This document shows positions 36,663 through 47,617 of a stretch of 64,000 nt of DNA, one piece after another. Under the pieces are notes generated by a model. It was not told the DNA's origin and did not search any database. It worked only from the letters and a program-made list of their open reading frames with translations. A program made the translations under genes and the position numbers. Numbering within the stretch: position 1 is the first letter of the stretch; every line of letters starts with the position of its first letter. Source of the DNA: Felis catus (lineage: Eukaryota); NCBI RefSeq assembly GCF_018350175.1, contig NC_058368.1, positions 236,904,001-236,968,000 on the forward strand, in the 5' to 3' direction.

Positions 36663-37561
36663 AAAAATTAATTTGTTTTATGACTATTTTAATGTAAGTT
36701 TTTTAAAAAACATATAGTGAATACAAGTCTTTTATCAGATGTACATCTTGAACATTTTTTCTAGTATGTGGCTGCTCTTTGATTTTTTGCCTTTGTATAA
36801 ACAAAAAAAAATTAATTTTGATGAGTTTTTTTCTTTATAGTTAATGTTTGCCCAGCCCAAGATCATAAAGATTTTTTTCCTATGCTTTCTTCTGAAAGTT
36901 TCATAGTTTAGTTCTTATATGTTCTTATATTTAGGTACATCATTCATTTCTGATTAATTTTGTGAATGTTTTGAGAAGATAATATTTGTTTTTCCCACAC
37001 GGTTATCCAATTTTTCTAAGACCATCTGTTGAAGAGAATGTCATCTCTCCACTGAATTGCATTGGCATCTTTGTCAAAAACTGATCAGATATATGTAAAT
37101 TATTTCTGGGCTCTATGATGTTCCATTCCTTTAGGTCTCCCTATGTCAATATTGCATTACCTCAGTTACTAATTTTATAATAATACTTGAGTTATGCATT
37201 ATAAGTCCTCTAACTTTGTTCTTGATTTTCAACATTGATTGGCTTATTCTAGATCCTTTGCCTTGTACATAAATTTTAAAGTCAGCTTGTTGCTGATTAT
37301 TCAGAAATTGCTGAGATTTTTATTGGGATTATATTACAATATAGATCAAGTTGCCAAAGGTGGATATATTAACAGTATTGAGTTTTGCACTTAGTTTGTT
37401 AAATCCTCCTTAAAGATTTCACACTTTCATATTACAGTAAATGGTACTTTCAAAATTTCTAGTTTCTAAATGTTTACTACTTGTATATAAAAATACAATT
37501 CACTTTTAAATATTGACCTTTATCCTAAGACCTTGATAAACTCACATATTAATTCTAACAG

Positions 37562-37815
37562 TTTTTTTTAATATAATTTTTGTCAAGTTAGCTAAAGTGC
37601 AGTGTATACAGTGGACTCTTGGCTTCTGGAGTAGATTCCTGTGGCTCATCACTTGCATTGGACACCCAGTGCTCCTCCCAACAAGTGCCCTCCTCAATGC
37701 CCATCCCCCATTTTCCCCTCCCCCTGCCCCGCAATCAGCCCTGAGTTTGTTCTCTGTACTTAAGAGTCTCTTATGGTTTGCCTTCTTCCCTGTTTGAAAC
37801 AATTTTTCCCCCCTT
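37562..37815 (-). mobile_element. Felid L1 3' terminal fragment
   Basis: Felid-type L1 3'UTR (gtcaagttagctaa..ggagtagattcc..aagagtctcttatggtttgcc). Short TSD CTAACAG (37555-37561 and 37829-37835). Confidence 0.9.
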
Positions 37816-40383
37816 AGAGATCAAGGAACTAACAGGTTGTTGTTGTTGTTGTTGTTTTTGTAGATTTCTTAGGAATATTACAGAAATAATTATAGTATCT
37901 GTGAAGACAGTTTTATTTACTTTCTGATCTGTATGCCTTTATTTCTTTTACTTGCCTTATTGACTGGCTAGCATCTCTGGTGTAATACTGAATAAGATAT
38001 GATGAGGGCAAAGGGTTTTGCCTCGTGTCACTGATGGCAGAAAGTATTCTCTTTCACCAAGAAGTATGATGTTTGGTATAGGTTTCCACAGATGCCCTTT
38101 TTGGGAAGCTGAGGAAATTCCCTTCTATTCCCAGTTTTCTGAGGTCTTTTTTATCATTATGAGGAAATTCCCTTGTTTTTGGTTTTCTTTTTTTTAAAAA
38201 TCATAAATGAATGTTGAATTTGGTCAAATTCTCTTCTGTATTTATGGAGGTGATCATTCTGTACGATTTTTTCTTAAAATATTTTTTAGTCTGTTAATAT
38301 AGTTAATTATGTTAACTGATGTCCAAATGTTGAAACAGCATGGCCTCCCTGAGGTGAGCCCCACTCAGTTATAAAGTATTCTCCTTTTTATTTATTTCTG
38401 GAATCATTTAGCTAAAAGTTTCACTAAGAATTTTAGTTTGTGGTTTTATTTTCTTGTAATATCTTTGCCTGGTTTGGTGTCCTGGTCATGTTAGCTTCAT
38501 AAAATGAACTGGGAAGGAAGTATTTCCATCTATTTTATTTTCTGGAAGTTTCTGTAGGATTTTTTTTTTTTCTTTCCCTTTTCATGTTTGATGTAAGTCA
38601 CCACCCTAACCATCTGAACGTGGATTTTTTTCCTATGGAAAGTTCTAAAACTACACATTCAATTTCTTTAATTATTATATGGATATTCATGTATTCTTTT
38701 TTTGAGGAAATTTTGTCTTTTTTTGAGAAATTTCTTGATTTCTTCTTAGTTCATATTAACAGGCATACATTTGTTCTTATTATTCCCTAACATCCTTGTA
38801 TTTTTCTCTAGCATCTGTAATGATATCCTCCGATATTGGTGATTTCTATCCTCTATATTGTTTTTTCTTTTCAGTTGAGCTAAGGGTTTACCACAATTTT
38901 ATTGATATTTTCAAATAATTAAATTTTATTCCATTGTATTGTTCCTGCTTATTTATGTCTTCTATTTCATTGATTTCTGCTCTTATCTGTATTATTTTCT
39001 TTCTTCTGTTTACTTTGCGTGAAACCCTCTCTTTTTGTTGTTGTTTCTAAGGTCTTTAGTGTAGAAGCTGAAGGCACTAATTTTAGGCGTTTCTTTTTCT
39101 CTCAGATAAGCATTTTGCTTTTTTCATCTTTATTCAGTTTAAAATATTTTCTAATTTCTCCTGTGATTTCTTCTTTGACCCACATTTATACCGCTGTGTG
39201 CTGTTTAATTTCCAAACGTTTATGGATTTTTCCAGATATCTTTCTGTTATTTATTTCCAGTTTAGTTGCATTGTGGTCAGAGGATACACTTTACCTCTTA
39301 AATTCTTCTTAAGTTTTGTTTTGTTTTGTTTTACTTTCTGAGAATACGGTTTACCTGAGTGAAAGTAAAATGGACATCTGAAAAGAATGTATATTCCACT
39401 GTTGCTTAGGGAGGTGTGCAAAAATATCAAATAGTTCAAACTGATTGTAAAACCCACAACACACTGCTATTTTTTTGTGAACACTTCATTATCTTTTACA
39501 CTATTAAAATATATGTAAGAGTGAGTGTCTTATATACTTATAGATATGTTTGCCATTTCTGGTGTCTTTAATCTCTTTATATACATTGAAACTTCTCCCT
39601 GAAACGCTTTCCCTTCTGCCGGTGGAAATGACTTCAATACTATGTTTGTGCATGTCTGCTGCTCCTAAGCTCTCCAGCTTCTGTTTATCTGATCAGTCTT
39701 TATTTCTCCTTTATTCATGAAAGATATTTTCACTAGGTAAAGAATTTTCAGTTGACAGTCCTTTTTTTTTTTTTTCCTTCTCTCCTTTTAATACCAAAAG
39801 ATATCTTAACTGTGTCTGGTATACACTGTGGCTGAAGAAAAATTTATGTTTCTTTTATGTTTGCCTCTATGCAATGTAGTCTTATCCCTTCTCTGACTGC
39901 TTTTACTGGTTTCTCCCTATTACTCTTTCCAGAATTTTGATTATGATGTTCTGTAGTGTAGTTTCCTGTAGGTTGATTTTTTGGGGGGATCTGTAACCCA
40001 CCTGTGGTATCAGTGGGTTCATGGTTCTCATCAAATTTAGGAAAATATATATTTTATGTATTTTATTATATTTTATATATTTATGTATAAATATATATAA
40101 TTTATATTACACACACACAAACACACACACACATACCCAACCCAGGGTATTTTCCATTCGGATAGTTTTTTCCATATATGGCAGTTCTATATGCCTTTGG
40201 GGACATTCTATTGCTTTCTATCATATATATCATATATATCTTTCATATCTCTCATATATATGATATATAATTTTTAAAAACTTTTATGATCATATTTTTC
40301 ATAGCTCCTTCAAAGCCCTTTGTCTTCTAGTTCCATCGTATCTATAATTCTAATTTTTTAAATTTAGCTAATTATTCTCCTAG

Positions 40384-40536
40384 TTATTATTTAATTAATT
40401 ATTAAATTAATTATTTAAATTAGACATTAAATTAAATTAAATTAAACATTAAATTTAATAATTAAATTAATTATTAATTATTATTTAATTAATTATTTAA
40501 TCATTATTTATTATTTAATTATTTCGTTAATTAATT
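40384..40536. repeat. AT-only low-complexity (TTAA/TAAT) expansion
   Basis: About 150 bp with only a handful of G/C bases. Confidence 0.9.
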
Positions 40537-41259
40537 CTCCTATTTCTTTGTATGTCTGGCCATTATGAGTGCCAGATATTGTGATTTTTTTTTTTCCTTT
40601 TTGACTGCTGGATTATGTTGTATTCCTTTAAATGGTGTTGAGTTTGCTTCAGGTGGGTGGTACAGTATGAAGCCAGTGGATCTTTCTGAGGTCTTGCCAT
40701 GCTGTGTCCAGAGGGGCTGTTGCCCCAGCGCTCAGTTAGCGCCACTAGAAAGGTGGTGATGTCTGAGTATTCCATCAATGCCTTGCCCATGATGAGGTCT
40801 GCTGGTGGTAGAGTGAAGAATTTTCAATCCTGTGTCAACTCCAAACTTGTTTCGTCTGTTTCTTTTAGTGATCTCTCTTCACCCCAACATAGTCCTCTGC
40901 TCTGGCCCAGCCTCCTTTGCTCCTAGAGAGGAAGAGGCAGTCTGTATCAAATCACCAAAGGCAGTTCCTTCACTCCCTGGGATGTGGTTCATTTCATCCT
41001 TAGTGTCCTTGCAGTTCTCAAATATCTTTAAAATATGATTTTTCACGTTTATCTTATTTTTATCTTGTTATAGTGAAACATGGGCATTTATGATCCAGTA
41101 TAATCTACCTAGAAAAATGGGAGACCAGTTACAAACCCAAGTCTGTAGAAAAAAAAATTGTACTCCTATAGAGATGTGTCTTCGTAAAATATGTCAGTTA
41201 TTCGACAATGTGGCGTTTATCTATAAATTCTTATAAAATAGCAGGGCTAGTGAGGTATC

Positions 41260-41264
<5 letters not shown>

Positions 41265-41306
<42 letters not shown>
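41265..41306. repeat. (TA)n microsatellite
   Basis: Directly visible. Confidence 0.97.
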
Positions 41307-41309
<3 letters not shown>

Positions 41310-43129
41310 AGAGGGAATCAGAGCTTTCACCTTTACAAAGCTTACAGGGTATTAGAACATTATGGAAAAAAAGAAGACTTTCCACCTTGACCTTGCCTGT
41401 AGAACAGGGTAACCTACTCATGTTCCACAACATCAGAAACAAATAAAAAAAAATCTCATGGCCAATCTTAAGAAATAGTTTCAGAAGACATTTTTTGTTT
41501 GTTTGTTTGTTTTTGTTTTGTTTAAGTTTTGCTTTCTATCCTTCCTTGTCTCCTTGTTTTCTGACCCATTCATGGGCTCAGCCGACCCCCGATCTTATTG
41601 GCTGTTTCTTGCTTCTGTGTCTTGTGCTTCCTTCAGATTTCATGGCTGGGTGTCTACTTTCAGTGTTTTTTCTACCTCCCTTATCCTAGCTTCCGTGATC
41701 AACACCTGCTCACTCAATCGTCTCCCTTCACATCTCACCCAGCAACCACACCTCAACATCCCCTTCAAAGGCTGATTTTAGCTCATGAAGATGTGGAAAT
41801 TGAACAGAAATGCTCTTAATGGAAGCAGAGTTTGATACTCTGGAGAAATACAGAATCCCAGCAATGTTAAATCAAAAGAAGAGGGAAAAAAGGCTTTATG
41901 GTTAAAAGAGTAGTGGAAATACTTAAGACGGATGAGTTGTGAGAGTCGTTCTCTACCGGTACATTTGAATGCTCTGAGGCAGAAAACCATCCAAGTGTGT
42001 GTTTCATTGAGTTCACAGTGGGGTATTCATTTCCACAGATGACTCACATTCTTAATTCAGTGTGTCAGTTAAAATTGTGCACTGCTCAGATTATCCTTGA
42101 CAAAGCTCTTTATTCTCCAGTAAAGTACCACATACAGGAACACTATCTCTTGGTGAGCCCAACATAGCGAGTTTCCTTCCAGTGCTGTCATAGATTCTGT
42201 ATTTGAGTACAAGATGAAGTCACTGGCTTATGGGAAGAAGCTGTATTGTATAAAAAGTATGTATCTAAGAACCAGACCAAGGCACTCTCAGCTCCAGGGT
42301 AACTTTGCAGAATTCACACATGTTTCTTGCATGTAAGTCCTGGCCCATCGGGACTGCTTAGGATAGACTGTGGTGGAAGACTGTGTGATTGGTGAGACCA
42401 ATGGGGAGGCTTTCTTGACTTCCGGGTGAGAAGCACATGAAATTTAGCTGTGGCACAGACGTTTTGGTGGACACAACATGTTAATTGGTTTGAGTGCTGA
42501 GATTTCAACAAAGCAAATGACTTGCGTGTCTGGAAGGACGATGAAGCACCAGTCAGAAACATGGCTGCATTCTGTGGAGGGAGGGCGATGTGTTGGAGGT
42601 GCAGGCAGGCACCCAGGTGGAGATGCTTTGTGGACAGATGGACACGAGGCTGGATGCAGCAGAAGGGCTAGACCTGCAGACTGAAAGCTGCCTACACATG
42701 TCACATTTGGAACTTTATGGACTTGAATAAGAACTTATGGACACAGCTAGAGATTAATCAATGAGTTTGGATTCAGAAAATTCTTGGGAGAGTGGCCAGC
42801 TTCATCTTGGCCCTAGTGGGCTGCCTAAATTATGTTACCTAGATCATGGCAGGTATGAGCCAAGCCATCTTCTCCTTTCATCCTATAATTGCTCTTTATC
42901 TCTTCGTTCCCAGGGGGTATTCTTGTTGGGGATGGTTGTGACCCAGCTGATTCTGCCCAGATGTGGTCTCCATTACCCCAAGAGCTCTGGCGTGTTTCTG
43001 GAATGAATATATCAACAGAAGGCCAAGGCTAGGGCTACCTGATCCCCTTCCAAACACCAGCCGTGTGCTGAAGTACAGATCTAGGAACCCAACCAGCCCT
43101 CAACTTTAGCAGGTGTTTGAGTTTGGCTC

Positions 43130-43700
43130 TTCTGAAGGATAAGCCCTGATTCCAACTTTATTTAACTGGAATAGTTAAGAGAATAATGCAATCATGTTTT
43201 ATTTACACAACAGTACTTTTTAATACCCCATTAGGTATGCATAATTCATGAAGATCCCTGTCATGCTTTACCTAGTCTTTCTTTCCCTCCCGCCCTGGAA
43301 ATTTACACAATTTATTTTTATAATGTTTAAATGTAAAACTAATACCATATTGTGAGCAAGATTTCATAGTTTACATAATATCCTTGGATTTATTACTTGT
43401 GGTTTCGTGTATAAATCATAGCAATATCGCAAATTAGAAATTGCTTCTCTGCCTGTCCATTATATTTATAGATAGGGCCATAATTACTAAAGTATTTATT
43501 TTCAAAGTCTCTTGGTTTGACTCCAATCTCATTTATTATGGTTGCATTATTTCCATAATGCTGTTTATTAGTTGGTGCCAGTCAATATTATAACACGTCT
43601 GCTGTGCTTGCAGCCAAGTCACAGAGCAGACACAAAGTTCTAAGTCACATCCTTTACTAACCTGTCAGTTGTCTGTTAATGAAACTAATTGAACAATTTT
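43130..43700. promoter_or_regulatory. AT-rich unique block, candidate distal enhancer
   Basis: Non-repetitive and homeodomain/POU/forkhead motif-rich (TATGCATAATTCATG at 43236, GTTTACA, TAATTGAACAAT at 43686). Conservation not measured. Confidence 0.35.
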
Positions 43701-44160
43701 TCATAAGCGTTTATAAGAGGCACGTTTACTATGGCGTGCACAGAGAAAGGGCTCAGGGACCTGGGTGTATAGAGGATGTTGTTGACATATGATGGCCCTT
43801 GTTTTCTTCTTTGTAAAACAAGACTGGCCGGGGGGGGGGGGGGCGGGTCTTTGATCTACAGTTTGCAGAGCCCTGATTTTCTTCAGAGGTGACCTAAGGG
43901 AGGTGTCTAAGAACCTGAGACCCTTACTCATATGATAACAAGATCAACGCCCTTTTGTTTTGAGTATTAGGTATCCATGCATAATTATGTTTGGGTAAAT
44001 ATTTCCCTAGGCCTAGTCATCTGTGATTTCATGAGGCAACTACTTAGATTGCTATGGATATGACACAAACAATAGTTAGATCATAAGCACATGAAGCTCT
44101 TTGCCTGTGGACGCCTGGATGTGTGGAGGTGCCTGGAGGCAAGAGGGAAGGGAAGAGAGC

Positions 44161-44385
44161 ATTTATTTTTTAATTTTCAAAAAATGTTTACTTAATTTTG
44201 AGAGAGAGACGGGGACAGAGACAGAGCATAAGCAGGGTGGGGCAGAGAGGGAGGGAGACAGAGGATCTGAAGCAGGCTCTGTGCCTACAGCAGAGGGTCC
44301 GATGCTCGGCTCGAACTCACGAATCCTGAGATCATGACCTGAGCTGAAGTCAGATGCTTAACTGACTAAGCCACACAGGGACCCC
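44161..44385 (-). mobile_element. Can-SINE (short variant)
   Basis: Antisense body with degenerate TSD gaag(a/t)gagc. Confidence 0.93.
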
Positions 44386-45689
44386 AGAAGTGAGCTTTTC
44401 AATGAAAGAAGCAAGGCTTAACACAGTCACTAAGCCATGCTTGCTGGGGAAACAAAAAGGATGGAGACCATGTTCCCAGTGTCAACAGTCTCCCACTTCA
44501 GGGGACAGACATGCAGAAACCAACACTCTGAGGCAGCCAGCTGGGCAGAAACCTAGATGGTGTGGGAACACAGAGGAAGGCTTCTGAGCTGGCCGGGCGG
44601 CAGTGCCGGGGTATTGCCTGCCTGACGTGGATTAGAAGTTAACCATGGACAGTCACAACTGCTGCTGCCATCTGGCTCACCTTCTCGGGAACACACTGCT
44701 GCCGACTTGGCATCCACAGTGGATGCTACATTACAGAAGCCTGAATAACTCTCTTCTAGAGAAGTTTCAATCAATGCTACATGGAAGATATTGAAGGGAA
44801 GAAGCCTGGGGAGACGCATGAAAGGGGTGGGGGTGATGGGAATGGGCTGGTGGGAGCAGACACACCGGAGAAGAATGCCCCTGAAAGGCCTGGGTTCCCC
44901 TGGGTGAACTGACCAAAGCCTCTGCACACCTACCTGGGCAGGTGCTTGGCAGGAAGCTCTGGGAGCTAGGAGGTCCGGGTGTGTCCGAACAGCTCAGGAA
45001 TTTCCATCTTGCTCTTGAGGCTAATTCTGAGACTGTGTGCACTCGGCAAATGTAAAGTGAAAGATGGAGACATGGTCCAGAGGATCCTGGTGAGGAGTTA
45101 AGGTTTGTAGGTATGTTATGACACTGATGTCCATTCGTCAAGAAGTGGGAGGGGTATTTTTTAATGTAGTAGTTGCTTTGCACTGATTTGCAAGCTCGCT
45201 GAAACTTCTGGTAAGAAGACTTTCCCAGGCCACACGACCATGAGGAGCACTGTTTCCCTGGAATAGAGCAGGACTGGGGACTCCCCGAGACAGGTGGTGG
45301 GGGCAGCCCGGTGCCCTGCCAATAGCAAGTGCCACCGTCCAGTGGACAGCTGGCGTCCTCTGTCTCCACAGCCAGCAACAATCCACCATCCACACTTCCC
45401 ACACCAAGCGTGCCCTCTTCTGCCCTGTCCCCACCCCCCAGCCACCTGCCCCTCCTGTGTTCTTACTCATGATCATGTGGCATTGCCATCAACTCTGTCA
45501 CCTTCTTACTCATGATCACGTGGTGCCACCTCTTCTATATTTGACTTTTCTCTTGCCCGGACACAACCATCACACCACCAATTGGCTATCCTTGTTGCTT
45601 TTTTTTAAAGCTTCCGTTATTGGCGTCCTCAACCCTCAGGACCCTCAGGCGTCCTCACACTGAGACTGCTCCATTGCAGCCATGCCCTC

Positions 45690-46130
45690 CTCTCCTTCGG
45701 CTGGAGAGTGCCACCAAAGTCCATTTTTTAGAGCTCAGATTTGATGGTTGAGTTTTATTTTTTTATTTCCCAATGAGTCCAGGAGAAAATAAAGCCTTCT
45801 CAACCTAGTATGCCAAGTGTTTCATTTTTAAGAGCCCACATGACCACAAACTTACCTCCTCATTCTTTCTGTCCAAGGACTTCATGCCTTAGGTGTCCCA
45901 GACCATGCCTACTGCCCAGCGTTTCTGAATGTTTTTTTTTTTCCTTCATGCTTTTGCACCGGTTCTCTGCCCCATCCTGGAATGTCCGTCCATCTGTGCT
46001 GACCTAAATTCTCCCCATCAATCCTACCCTATCATCCCCTCCCAGCCCACTTCCCCTCCACGTACTGTCCTAGGACATTTGCCACCCGCACTACTCAGCC
46101 ATCATATGCATTTCCCTTACTCGGTCTGAA
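45690..46130 (+). mobile_element. L2 remnant
   Basis: Diverged L2-like 3' motifs (tgcttttgcac..ttctctgccccatcctggaatgtcc). Confidence 0.45.
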
Positions 46131-47404
46131 AACACGGGAATAATCATGTTTTTCCTTTTTGGAGCTGAGAACATGCACAGACTCAGTCACCATACGTCAG
46201 AGGTGAAACCCATCCAAAGCTCTTCCAGCTTCTTCTGGAAAGTCTTGAGTTACCTTTGTTAGGAAAATAGCAAAACAAAGATAAAGAATATCAACATTCA
46301 ATGGCTCCAGCAGAAGAACGAGAAAATGTGCTGTTAAGGAGTTGTGTTTATGTTTTTAGGGTCTGTCTTTTGTTACAGAGATGGAGAAGAAACTAGAAGC
46401 TTCCAAAGGTTCTCAGCTGCTAACCGCTATAAACTTCTGCCTCAAGCATGTGATGACCACAGCGCTTGGAAAACACTGTGCGTTTATTTCATACAATCTG
46501 TGTGTTTGTAAGAGATGGGGTTTGTTTGCTTATGTTGTATGTGAACTCACCAGCCCTGTGTTAATTGGCCCACTTCTACATAATAGATACATAGATATAG
46601 TTATACATTGGACAGATTGTAGATCCCTCTGTTCACCTGGAGACGTGACTGTGATTTATTGCTCCCTCTGTGGGCGTGCTTTACACAAAGGTGTGATGCT
46701 GGTGGGTTCAAGGTCAGTTCAAATCAAGCAAACTGAATGAAGTCTGTCTTTCTTCCTAACACTTCCTCTAGATGAAAAAGCAAAATTTAATTGTTATCCT
46801 TTTGGGGTTTTTTCCTAGCTCCTTAACTTTAACAATAATCCAAATCTCTCTTGGGGGGCCTTTTTCATTATTTCCCGTCCTTTCATTAATTTTTTTTCTA
46901 ACCAGTCTCTTTATATTTGGATCATTCACAGTGAAGTCCCTCTTTCTTTTTCCATTTCAGCAGCAGCACGCTATGGTCTTTGTTCTGGACAGAAGTTTGG
47001 TGATCGTCTCCTGTCATCGCTCCATGCATGTGCTGGAATTCTCAGCCCTTTGGTCCCCATTTGGGCCCCCTGTCTTCCACTTAGTTTTAATTTAGAACTT
47101 CCTATGGATAGTCTTCAGGCCATTACCTCTGTTCCCCTCTCCGGCGATCATCCATGTGTGCCTGCTAGTGTAGTGGTTGTTGAGTGTGTCTGTCCTAACC
47201 CACCTCTCTGGGGACAGCTCCTCATGAAGGGTGGGCACTGGGTCGCCATCACTGGGATGAATACATTGGAAAATACAGAATGGAGTATGCAGACACATGG
47301 CACTTATCATGTATTCCGAAGTGACATGTATGAACTCAGGGACTGTAAGTTGTAGCAGATGGAACAATTTGGTGAGATGTTTGGTGAGCTGTCCTGATTA
47401 CCAA

Positions 47405-47617
47405 AGGTGGGACTTCCGATCCTTGGTGCTATGGACATTTAGAGTCAGGTAATTCACCACGTTGGCTGACTGTCTTCTGCATTAAAGGATGTTAAACAGT
47501 GTCTGTTGCCAGTAGCACCTCCTACCCAATGTGACAAACCAAAATGTCTCCAGACATTGCCACATGTCCCCACGGCGGGGGGTTGTTGGCAAAGTCATCC
47601 CTGGTAGAGAAGCACTG
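47405..47617. mobile_element. hAT DNA transposon MER20
   Basis: gccagtagcacc..tgtgacaaaccaaaatgtctccagacattgccacatgtcccc..gagaagcactg. Confidence 0.88.

Larger units (their letters stand above)
35310..40680 (-). mobile_element. Long ancient L1M (3'UTR, ORF2, ORF1 remnants) with nested SINEs and a felid L1
   Basis: 3' end at ~35320 (aaatttacccattttaagt). Continuous antisense ORF2-like T-rich sequence at 36680-39430 and ORF1-like sequence at 39600-39960. Confidence 0.85.

Noticed and set aside
44767..45402. Longest ORF (211 aa, minus strand)
   Set aside because: No recognisable domain, Ser/Pro/Cys/Gly-rich composition typical of chance ORFs, and overlapping ORFs in several frames.
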